Below are positions 17,480 through 25,191 of a stretch of 28,273 nucleotides of DNA, one piece after another. Each line of letters begins with the position of its first letter. The stretch's first letter is position 1. The notes under the pieces were generated by a model. The model saw only the letters and a program-made list of their open reading frames with translations. It ran no database searches and had not been told where the DNA came from. The translations under genes were made by a program, and so were the position numbers. Origin of the DNA: Patescibacteria group bacterium (GTDB taxonomy: Bacteria > Patescibacteriota > Microgenomatia > UBA1400 > MFAQ01); assembly GCA_035291985.1 (NCBI GenBank), contig DATDRC010000066.1, positions 1 through 28,273 of the forward strand, written 5' to 3'.

Positions 17480-19231
17480 ATGAAACCAGCAGACAAAATT
17501 AGACAAGCGATTGAGGGGGTAGTTGGGAAGAATATCGATTTTGTGGTGGAGCATCCGGCGGATGAGAGTCATGGGGATTACGCAACCAATGTGGCGATGA
17601 TGATGGAGGGTAATCCGCGAGAGTTGGCGCAGGGGCTGGCGGAGAAGTTAAAAAAGAGCGCTGTTTTGGGTGGGGTGGTGGATCTCCCCCGAATCGAGGT
17701 GGCTGGCCCGGGATTCATCAATTTTTGGTTAAAAGAGGACTGGTTGCTTTCAGAAGCTGGTGAGGTAACCCAACTAAGTGATGAATATGGGAAAGGAAAC
17801 TGGGGAAAGGGACAGATTTATGAAGTTGAACATACCTCGCCAAATCCGAATAAGGCGATGCATTTGGGGCACCTTCGAAACAACGTAACGGGGATGGCGG
17901 TGGCTAATTTGTTTGAAGCGGGTGGAGTGAAAGTAATTCGGGATGCGGTTGATAACAACAGAGGGATCGCGATAGCAAAGTTGATGTGGGGATTCCTAAA
18001 GTTTGCCAAAAAAGATGGGAAAGAAACCGAAGATGTTGATTATTGGCATCTTCATCAGGATGAATGGCAAACTCCAGAAGATAAGGGGATGCGACCAGAT
18101 AGGTTTGTGGACGAGTTGTATGTCAAGGGAGCGGAAGATTCTAAGAATAAGCCGGTAGAGGAAAAGGTCAGAAAGTTGGTAGTCGATTGGGAGGCGGAAA
18201 ATAAGACGACTTGGGCTCTTTGGAGAAATGTTCTGGACTACTCGTATGAGGGGCAAGCAATGACTTTGGCGAGATTGGGTAACCGCTGGGATAAAGTTTG
18301 GCATGAGCACGAACACTATAAAGAGGGTAAAGCATGGGTCGATAAGGGGATCAAAAAGAAAATTTTCAAAGTTCTACCTGACGGGGCGGTATTAACTGAC
18401 TTATCAAAATTCGGTTTGACGGACACAATTGTAATTAAGTCTGATGGAACGGCTCTTTATATTACTCAGGATCTAGCGTTGACTTCGTTGAAAAAAAAGA
18501 CATACAAAGCTGATCGGTTGTTTTGGGTGATTGGTCCGGAGCAATCATTAGACCTGAAACAAATGTTCGCGGTCTGTGAACAGTTGGGGATTGGAAAAGT
18601 TAGCGATTTCTCCCATATCCCTTATGGATATATGTCGATCAAGGGACAGGGGAAGATGAGTAGTCGGACGGGAAACGTAGTTTATATTGACCAGCTCTTG
18701 GACTCGGCCAAAGATGAAATCAGTAAGGTAATTAAAGAGAGGGGCTTTACAAAGAAAGAGGAAGAATCGGTTTCGGAAAAGCTTGGTGTGGGTAGTGTTA
18801 AGTATTCTATTTTGAAAGTCGGAAGAATGACGGATATGGCTTTTGACCTGGCAAGCTCAATTTCTTTTGAGGGGGATTCCGGGCCTTACTTGAATTATGT
18901 TTATGTCAGAACCAAAGGAGTGGCGAGAAAAGCTAACGACGATAAAGCGGAAGTGATAATAGATGAGTTATCAGACACTGAAAAATCAATTCTAAGGTGG
19001 ATTGCCAGATTTTCTGAAGTAGTTGAGTCAGCCGGAAAAGATTTGGCTCCAAATTTAGTGTGCTCCTACTTATTTGAACTGTCACAGAAATATAATTCTT
19101 TTTATAGTAAAAACCCGATCGCGGGTGGAGGAAGATATAAGGGTAGAAGATTAACGATAAACAATGCAGTGGGACAAATAATCAAAACAGGGTTGAAACT
19201 TTTGGGAATTGAGGTGGTGGAAAAGATGTAG
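17480..19231 (+). CDS. argS: Arginine--tRNA ligase
   Basis: HGDYATN, AGPGFINF, EHTSPNPNKAMHLGH, KSDGTALY, GKMSSRTG, FEGDSGPYLNYVYVR; SD AGGAG upstream. Confidence 0.97.
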   Translation: MKPADKIRQAIEGVVGKNIDFVVEHPADESHGDYATNVAMMMEGNPRELAQGLAEKLKKSAVLGGVVDLPRIEVAGPGFINFWLKEDWLLSEAGEVTQLSDEYGKGNWGKGQIYEVEHTSPNPNKAMHLGHLRNNVTGMAVANLFEAGGVKVIRDAVDNNRGIAIAKLMWGFLKFAKKDGKETEDVDYWHLHQDEWQTPEDKGMRPDRFVDELYVKGAEDSKNKPVEEKVRKLVVDWEAENKTTWALWRNVLDYSYEGQAMTLARLGNRWDKVWHEHEHYKEGKAWVDKGIKKKIFKVLPDGAVLTDLSKFGLTDTIVIKSDGTALYITQDLALTSLKKKTYKADRLFWVIGPEQSLDLKQMFAVCEQLGIGKVSDFSHIPYGYMSIKGQGKMSSRTGNVVYIDQLLDSAKDEISKVIKERGFTKKEEESVSEKLGVGSVKYSILKVGRMTDMAFDLASSISFEGDSGPYLNYVYVRTKGVARKANDDKAEVIIDELSDTEKSILRWIARFSEVVESAGKDLAPNLVCSYLFELSQKYNSFYSKNPIAGGGRYKGRRLTINNAVGQIIKTGLKLLGIEVVEKM

Positions 19232-19244
19232 GAGCGGTTTTGAT

Positions 19245-19273
19245 TTGACAACTGCTGATTTTTAAATTAGTAT
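19245..19273 (+). promoter_or_regulatory. sigma70 promoter of the T-box leader
   Basis: TTGACA (19245-19250)-N17-TAGTAT (19268-19273). Confidence 0.7.
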
Positions 19274-19290
19274 TGGGGAAATTGTATAAA

Positions 19291-19442
19291 GGCGTTTGAG
19301 GGGAGTCGCGATCTCCGAGCCTCTTGGAGAAATACAAGACGGGTAAGCCCGAAATAGCAGGAATAAGTTCATTAGGGGTGGTACCGACTTAAAGAGTCCC
19401 CCGTCTGTTTTGATATTTTCGAAATAGACGGGGGATTTTTTT
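19291..19442 (+). ncRNA. T-box riboswitch (ultrashort Stem I, transcriptional; probable Arg specifier)
   Basis: T-box GGGGTGGTACCG (19375-19386); antiterminator GGGG-TGGTACC-GAC-TTAAAGA-GTC-CCC; mutually exclusive terminator; Stem I GGC..GA..GA-GCC (19291-19321) with CGC at 19307-19309; TCTTG/CAAGA stem; CGGG-TAAG-CCCG stem IIA. Confidence 0.88.
19397..19442 (+). terminator. Intrinsic terminator of the T-box leader
   Basis: TCCCCCGTCTGTTT / GAAATAGACGGGGGA stem followed by T7; the 5' arm overlaps the antiterminator 3' strand. Confidence 0.9.
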
Positions 19443-19462
19443 GTTATTAAATACATATAGAA

Positions 19463-20749
19463 ATGAGCGAGACTCTGAAAAAAAGTGAGGTGAAAAAGTG
19501 GGGATATCGACAACCGGTTATTTTAGTGGAGTCGCAGTCGGCGCCGATTTTGTTTGGAGATCCGGCGGAGCAGGCTTATATGCGAGGTTGTAACACAACC
19601 ACGAAAGGTGATTTGGTGGTGACTGATTTTCCACTTAATCGGCTATATGTTGAGGGATATTTGAGGGACATATTGGGTTTTGATTTACCTGATTACCTAG
19701 TGATCGAACAAACAGGAGCGGGCTGTCTTTCTGAGAACTTACTTGATCCGACAAATCAAGATTGTTTGAAGAAAATGGAACAATATTGGTTGTTAAAGGG
19801 CCGACAACCGAAGCTTCAGTTTTTTAACGTGACAGAGCATGAATTGTCTTTGGTGAGAGCTTTGGGTATCGAGTCGACTTGTGGCAATCCGGAGATGGCG
19901 ATCAAGGTTGGATCCAAGCCGGGGTTCAGAAGGCTGTGTGAAGGGTTGGGAATCCCAATGCCGAGAGGGGTTATTTGTCACAGTCTTACGGAAACGATCG
20001 TTGCAGTTTCTGCGTTATTGACTGAAGGGAAAGGGGCGATGATAAAAACAGAAAATGGTACTGGAGGGACAGACTTGAAAAGCAATGTAGTGATAGGAAA
20101 AGTGGATGAGGTTACGAGAAAACTGGCCGATTTTGACGGATTTTTGGGTGGCGAGTGGGTGGTAGAGGAAAAAGTTGATGGAGAAGATGGTTCGATTCAC
20201 GTTTTTGTTCAAGACGGTCAAATGGCCGAAAAGTCATTTGTTTTAGGGGCAATTTCTGCAGACAACTCTTATGTTGGGGGATACTTCCCCTTTGAGCCAA
20301 GTGACGAACAAATTGGAATGATGAAAATGGTTGACGATATCTTGGTGCCGGCACTGCAAGAGCTTGGCGTGTTTGGGCACCACTGTTTTGATTTTAAGGG
20401 GGGGTACTTTTTGGAAGATAACGTCCGACCGGGAGCGCTGGATTTCATTCACGGAATGGTGGTCCGAATCGCGGAAAAACATTTCGAGGGGAAATCTTAC
20501 GCATACTGGCACTACCATGTGGCAACAAGCGGACCGACTAATTTCGAACGAGTTTACGAGACACTTTCTGAATATCTCGATCCCAAAAACGCTAAAGATG
20601 GTTGTGTGGCGATGGTAAGTAACCAGGAGGTGTTGCCTTTTGGAAGATCGCTTGACTTAACTGCAATTAACTTTGGTGATGATGCGTCGGTGGAGAAAGC
20701 GAAGGAATTCTTTACTGAGCTAGAGATATTAGCAAAAGAGAAACTTTGA
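19463..20749 (+). CDS. ATP-grasp ligase resembling the PGM1 peptide-ligase family (pre-ATP-grasp plus ATP-grasp)
   Basis: LQFFNVTEHELSLVRALG, GNPEMAIKVGSKPGFRRLCEGLGIPMPRG, MIKTENGTGG, WVVEEKV, FLEDNVRPG (E-x-N-x-R). Confidence 0.7.
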   Translation: MSETLKKSEVKKWGYRQPVILVESQSAPILFGDPAEQAYMRGCNTTTKGDLVVTDFPLNRLYVEGYLRDILGFDLPDYLVIEQTGAGCLSENLLDPTNQDCLKKMEQYWLLKGRQPKLQFFNVTEHELSLVRALGIESTCGNPEMAIKVGSKPGFRRLCEGLGIPMPRGVICHSLTETIVAVSALLTEGKGAMIKTENGTGGTDLKSNVVIGKVDEVTRKLADFDGFLGGEWVVEEKVDGEDGSIHVFVQDGQMAEKSFVLGAISADNSYVGGYFPFEPSDEQIGMMKMVDDILVPALQELGVFGHHCFDFKGGYFLEDNVRPGALDFIHGMVVRIAEKHFEGKSYAYWHYHVATSGPTNFERVYETLSEYLDPKNAKDGCVAMVSNQEVLPFGRSLDLTAINFGDDASVEKAKEFFTELEILAKEKL

Positions 20750-20750
20750 T

Positions 20751-21890
20751 ATGGATGGCCTAACCTTGTTAAAACAATTAATTGCAATTAGATCTTACAG
20801 CGGTGAGGAAAAGAAATTGGCAATGTTTATTGCCGGTTGGTTTCGGAAGAGGAAAATAAAAGCAAATTTCCAAAGAGATAATCTGATCGTCTTTTTGCCC
20901 GGAAATAATTCCAAGAAAGCTTTTATCTTTAATTCGCATATGGATACGGTTTCGGCTGGTGACCGCTCGCTCTGGAAATTCGATCCCCTGGTGCCGACGA
21001 TGGTCAAAAATAAATTGGTGGGGTTGGGAGCCAGTGACATGAAGTCGGGGTTGGCGGCGGCAATGTTAACTTGTGAAGCATTTTCAAAGGCGAAACCGGA
21101 GGTTGATTTGTGGTTTACCTACGTAGTTAGAGAAGAGCAAGATGGTTCGGGGACGAATAACTTTGCCAAATGGTTTCAAGAGAGGGGCTATCACAAAAAA
21201 TATGAACAGATTGGGGCCATATTTACGGAACCGACGGGATTGTCTGAAGTGGAACACGGACACCGGGGAAACTTGTTTTTGGTCGCGACAGCGACCGGAG
21301 ATTCGGGACATGCGAGCAGACCAGGGGACATAAAAATCCATGCAGTGAAAAAAATGCTAGAGTTTGCACATGTGTTAGAAGAAGAAATGAAAAGATGGCA
21401 GAAAGAATACAAAAGCGAAATATTCGATCCGCCGACGGTCGGCGTTTTCACCTCAATAGAGGCGGGAGTAAGGGGGTGTGGTGAAATAGTCGTGGTGGAG
21501 TCGGTGAACAAATTCCCATCGAGTTGCCGGGCGACTTTTGACGTGCGATCTGTCCCCGGTTTTCACGAAGAGGCATTTTCAAAGATTGCAAGTTTGGGAA
21601 AGAAGCAAGGTGTTAAGGTGGAATTGCTCTTTCCGGCGGCGCCGTCTGGTTTTACAAAAGCAGATGACAAACTAATCACGGTGATAAAGAAGACAGTGGG
21701 TAAGGTGAAATTGACAGTCAGCCAGGGTTCTGCCGATATGGGTTTTCTTTCCGAACTGGGAGTGAAGGCGATTATTTTTGGACCTGGTGAGAAACAACAG
21801 TGTCACGTGGTGAATGAATACTGCTATCCGGATCAGGTGGAGAAAGCGGCTGGGATTTATCAAAAAGTCGTTTCGGATTGGGCCGTGTGA
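20751..21890 (+). CDS. M20 family metallohydrolase (ArgE/DapE-like)
   Basis: NSHMDTV, GLGASDMKSG, VREEQDG, FTEPT, GHAS, FDVR, ADMGF, FGPG, CHVVNE; all metal ligands present. Confidence 0.92.
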   Translation: MDGLTLLKQLIAIRSYSGEEKKLAMFIAGWFRKRKIKANFQRDNLIVFLPGNNSKKAFIFNSHMDTVSAGDRSLWKFDPLVPTMVKNKLVGLGASDMKSGLAAAMLTCEAFSKAKPEVDLWFTYVVREEQDGSGTNNFAKWFQERGYHKKYEQIGAIFTEPTGLSEVEHGHRGNLFLVATATGDSGHASRPGDIKIHAVKKMLEFAHVLEEEMKRWQKEYKSEIFDPPTVGVFTSIEAGVRGCGEIVVVESVNKFPSSCRATFDVRSVPGFHEEAFSKIASLGKKQGVKVELLFPAAPSGFTKADDKLITVIKKTVGKVKLTVSQGSADMGFLSELGVKAIIFGPGEKQQCHVVNEYCYPDQVEKAAGIYQKVVSDWAV

Positions 21891-21902
21891 TATCCTTGGC
21901 CC

Positions 21903-22595
21903 ATGAAAAAGGAGTGGTGGGCACATCGGTCCGTGGATAGTAGTGGTAGGGTTGTAGAGGTTCTTGTCGGAACGCATCAGGTAGCGTTGGTGATAGAGTT
22001 TGACAGCAATGGAGAAATAATGTCAGGACTGTATCGACCGGAAAAAGGACTATTGGTGAGTGTAGATCCGAGGGTTCCGAAGCCGCAGGAATTGTATCGG
22101 GATGTGGCTTATTACCGTTTTTGTGACTTTTTGGGTTGGCAGGGGGTGGCCCCCGTCTTTCCTTGGCAACTTGAGCCGGGAGATAAGGGTGTAATTCGGC
22201 CATATTGGAAAGTGATAAAAAACATGGAGATTTATCATTTTGGTAAAAAGAAACTGGATGGTGGTGACCGCTTGTTCTGGAGGCGACTGGCTCTGGCCGA
22301 TTATATTTTTGGGGTTGGCGACAGGGTCAGCAATGATTTTCTGATTACCCAAGATGGTACCCAAGTGGTGGATAGCGGTTTTTCTTTCCTGCCAGAACTA
22401 AACTTTCCTTATCAACAATCGATTATTCGCGACCTGTATAGGGGCGATAGCGTTGATGATTCACTGCTTACTGACTTGGAGCGACTACGGCAAGACTTTG
22501 ATCCAAATTATGTTGATGGCTTGATCGGAGAGATTGAGTTGTACTGGGTTTGGGAACGGGTGCGAAGGATTCGGTCTGAGAAGACGTTTTGTTGA
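21903..22595 (+). CDS. Atypical kinase-fold protein resembling SCO1664 / PI3-PI4-kinase-like family
   Basis: LYRPEKG, RDVAYY..DFLGW..VAP, RRLALADYIFGVGDR, VVDSGFSF, EIE..WERVRRI match the remembered SCO1664 pattern (YKP..G, REVAAY..LGW..VP, RR.A.FD...NADR, VDHG..F). Confidence 0.6.
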   Translation: MKKEWWAHRSVDSSGRVVEVLVGTHQVALVIEFDSNGEIMSGLYRPEKGLLVSVDPRVPKPQELYRDVAYYRFCDFLGWQGVAPVFPWQLEPGDKGVIRPYWKVIKNMEIYHFGKKKLDGGDRLFWRRLALADYIFGVGDRVSNDFLITQDGTQVVDSGFSFLPELNFPYQQSIIRDLYRGDSVDDSLLTDLERLRQDFDPNYVDGLIGEIELYWVWERVRRIRSEKTFC

Positions 22596-22625
22596 CTTGA
22601 TATTTCGTGTTATATTTGTTGTAGG

Positions 22626-22682
22626 ATGCAAGTGCGTCGGCGTAGAACAATTAGCAATGATTTAACGGAATACCCGCTCTAA
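22626..22682 (+). CDS. Arginine-rich attenuator leader peptide MQVRRRRTISNDLTEYPL
   Basis: ATG CAA GTG CGT CGG CGT AGA ... CCG CTC TAA; extended -10 TGTTATATT (22608-22616) upstream; stop codon lies in the terminator loop; below the ORF-track size cutoff. Confidence 0.75.
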   Translation: MQVRRRRTISNDLTEYPL

Positions 22683-22695
22683 TGGCGGGTTTTTT
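22672..22695 (+). terminator. Intrinsic terminator / attenuator upstream of the deiminase-like gene
   Basis: ACCCGC-TCTAATG-GCGGGT-TTTTT, ending 3 nt before ATG 22699. Confidence 0.85.
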
Positions 22696-22698
22696 GTT

Positions 22699-23907
22699 AT
22701 GAGCAGACAAAATCCGGAAAGAAGAGAGGCCTTAGGAAGGAATGAGGTGGGTATAAATGAAGAAGTGGATTGGTTGGCGACGACTTTATCTTGGGGTCCG
22801 ACCGGGGTAGAAGCAGTTTTGGCAACTTTGATTCCGGAAAAGCACAGTTTGTTTTTCGACAAGATGGACGTGCTGTTGGCAAGAAGGCAGTACGAGGCCT
22901 TTCATGACACGCTTGAAAGAAGAGGTTGTTGTGTAATCAGGGTGAGAGACTTGGCAACGGAGGCGTTATTAAGAAGAGGTGGAGTGATGCCAGCCAAAAG
23001 TTTGGCGGAACTGAGGGGGAGAATTATTGCAAAGGCTGACACTCTTGTTCATAAGTATGGAAGAGGTATGAGAGAGGTGGGTGATTGTATCGCGGAGGTC
23101 CTGGTCGAAGACGCGGCCCTTTACGGAGAAGAGGGGGCGATTAGGTTGAATGCGATTCTGGCCCAAGTGGATACCGATTTTCTGCCGATGGCGAACCTAT
23201 TATTTGGACGGGATCAAAGCAACGTGGTGGGCGACATCTTGCTTTGGTCAAACATGATGCATGAAATTCGCCGTCCAGAAGTAGATTTGTGGATGATAGC
23301 GACGGAATCATTACTGGCTAATATCAAAACGACGGTGGTAACCGGTTTGGGCAGACTGGAAGGTGGAGATACGATTGTCCATAGGGGCAACTGCTTTGTG
23401 GGAGTTGGTGGCAGATCGAATCTAGCCGGTGTTGAGCAAATTGCACCGTCAGTTTTGGGTGCCGGCTTCAGGATGTTTGCGGTTTATCATCCCGAGAGAG
23501 ACGCGGGTTTGCGTGAGCACCAAACAACCATGCATTTGGACACTTTCTATATGCCCGGTCCAAAAAATACCGCAGTTGTATTAATGGAAGAGGCTCACGA
23601 AAGAACATTGCTGGAAGTAGTGGAAAACTCTAATGGAGTGAGATTGGAACCGAGAGGTACTTTTGCCGATTATCTGCTGGAGTCAGGAGCGGACATCATT
23701 CCTTTGACCCGAGAACAACAACTGAACTACCAGGCAAACTATGTGGTGTTGGATGAGAAAAGCGTCATGTTGACCATCTACGGCGATGGCTATCTGAAGG
23801 GGGAATTTGAGAAGCGGGGGGTGGAGGTCGTGGACGGCGATTTGAGCGCCATCACCAATGGATACGGTGGAGCCCACTGCTCTTTGACGCCCATACTTCG
23901 AATTTAG
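22699..23907 (+). CDS. Arginine deiminase-like protein (amidinotransferase superfamily)
   Basis: LFFDKMD..ARRQYEAFHDTL, PMANLLFGRD, RLEGGD, MHLDT, GYGGAHC (catalytic Asp/His/Cys); 402 aa. Confidence 0.85.
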   Translation: MSRQNPERREALGRNEVGINEEVDWLATTLSWGPTGVEAVLATLIPEKHSLFFDKMDVLLARRQYEAFHDTLERRGCCVIRVRDLATEALLRRGGVMPAKSLAELRGRIIAKADTLVHKYGRGMREVGDCIAEVLVEDAALYGEEGAIRLNAILAQVDTDFLPMANLLFGRDQSNVVGDILLWSNMMHEIRRPEVDLWMIATESLLANIKTTVVTGLGRLEGGDTIVHRGNCFVGVGGRSNLAGVEQIAPSVLGAGFRMFAVYHPERDAGLREHQTTMHLDTFYMPGPKNTAVVLMEEAHERTLLEVVENSNGVRLEPRGTFADYLLESGADIIPLTREQQLNYQANYVVLDEKSVMLTIYGDGYLKGEFEKRGVEVVDGDLSAITNGYGGAHCSLTPILRI

Positions 23908-23964
23908 GAGCGCTCCCCCCTTGATCTGTAGTAAAATTGTAGTGAATATTTGTTTTTGACAAAC

Positions 23965-25179
23965 ATGTATAACAAGGCAGATAACGAAAAAATTGAAGAG
24001 ATTTTGAGCCGGGGGGTGGCGAATATTATTCCCGGTAAAGAGGCTTTGGAACAATTACTGACCTCGGGCAGAAAATTAAATGTTTATTTCGGGATTGATC
24101 CGACCTCGACCAGGATCCATCTGGGGAATGCCGTCCCATTGCGGCGACTGCAGCTGTTTGTCGAACTGGGCCACAAGGTCACCTTCTTGATCGGTGATTT
24201 TACGGCTCTGATTGGCGACACTTCGGATAAGGAGAGCGAGAGGCCGGTGCTGACTTATGAACAGATCGAGGGGAACTTTAAGACATACAAGGAACAAGCC
24301 GAGAAATTCCTGGATTTCTCGAAGGTAAAACTGGTTCATAACAGTGACTGGCTCCAGAGCATCAATTTTCCGGGGGTAGTGAAGCTGATGCGCCACTTTA
24401 GTTTAAATGACTTTATCAGTCGGGAACTAATTAAGAAGCGGCTGACGGAGGGAAAGAGTATCTCGCTGCCGGAGGTGATCTACCCGGTAATGCAGGGCTA
24501 TGACTCATATTTCCTGGATACCGATATTCAGATTGGCGGGACCGATCAGGTCTTCAACATGCAGGCAGGGAGAACCCTACAAAAAAACTTACGCAAGAAA
24601 GAGTCGTTTATCATTGAAAATGAGTTCCTGCCCGGCACCGATGGCCGGAAGATGAGCAAAACCTGGGGGAACGGAATTTATCTGACCGATACCCCGGAGG
24701 ACATTTATGGCAAGGTGATGTCGATCTCTGATGAGGTGATCGAATCGTACTTTGTCTTGGCGACATCACTACCGACGAAAGAAGTCGAGGAGTATAAAAA
24801 AAGGCTTTCGGGTGGGGAGAATCCGATGGTCATTAAGAAGGAATTAGCCCGGGTAATCGTCACCGAGCTTTATGATGAGGAAGCGGCTAAAAAAGCCGAG
24901 GCCCACTTTGCGACGACGGTGGTCAGTAAGCAGCCGGCCGAGGACGTAGTGGTGGTGAAACTGACCAGCCTGAAGCTACTGATGGATGAACTAGTTGGCT
25001 TTGTTTTGGAAAATAATTTAGTTGAAAGCAAATCGGAGTTTCGCCGTCTGCTCGAACAGGGAGGAATCTACCTAAATGAAACCAGGGTTGAGAACGACGT
25101 CAAAGAACTGAGTCTGAATAGCGGTGAGAATGTAGTGCGGGTGGGAAAACGCAAATACTTGAAGCTTTCCGTGGAGTAG
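23965..25179 (+). CDS. tyrS: Tyrosine--tRNA ligase
   Basis: YFGIDPT, IHLGN, YPVMQGYD, QIGGTDQVFN, KMSKT; C-terminal S4-like domain; ATG 23965 preferred over TTG 23950. Confidence 0.97.
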   Translation: MYNKADNEKIEEILSRGVANIIPGKEALEQLLTSGRKLNVYFGIDPTSTRIHLGNAVPLRRLQLFVELGHKVTFLIGDFTALIGDTSDKESERPVLTYEQIEGNFKTYKEQAEKFLDFSKVKLVHNSDWLQSINFPGVVKLMRHFSLNDFISRELIKKRLTEGKSISLPEVIYPVMQGYDSYFLDTDIQIGGTDQVFNMQAGRTLQKNLRKKESFIIENEFLPGTDGRKMSKTWGNGIYLTDTPEDIYGKVMSISDEVIESYFVLATSLPTKEVEEYKKRLSGGENPMVIKKELARVIVTELYDEEAAKKAEAHFATTVVSKQPAEDVVVVKLTSLKLLMDELVGFVLENNLVESKSEFRRLLEQGGIYLNETRVENDVKELSLNSGENVVRVGKRKYLKLSVE

Positions 25180-25191
25180 AATAGAGCCATT

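Noticed and set aside
19328-19362. Alternative T-box specifiers read from GAAATAC (Tyr) or GAAATAGC (Ser)
   Set aside because: These fall in the Stem II loop and the linker after stem IIA, not in Stem I, which closes at GAGCC 19321.
17277-21890. LysW/LysX/LysK-type amino-group-carrier pathway (acidic peptide + ATP-grasp + M20)
   Set aside because: The small protein has no CxxC zinc ribbon or C-terminal EDWGE. The ligase looks PGM1-like rather than RimK/LysX-like, and no LysY/LysZ/LysJ homologues are present.
22630-22645. Classical antiterminator in the Arg leader (TGCG-TCGG-CGTA hairpin)
   Set aside because: Only 4 bp and it does not sequester either terminator arm, so a trp-style starvation-induced mechanism is not supported.
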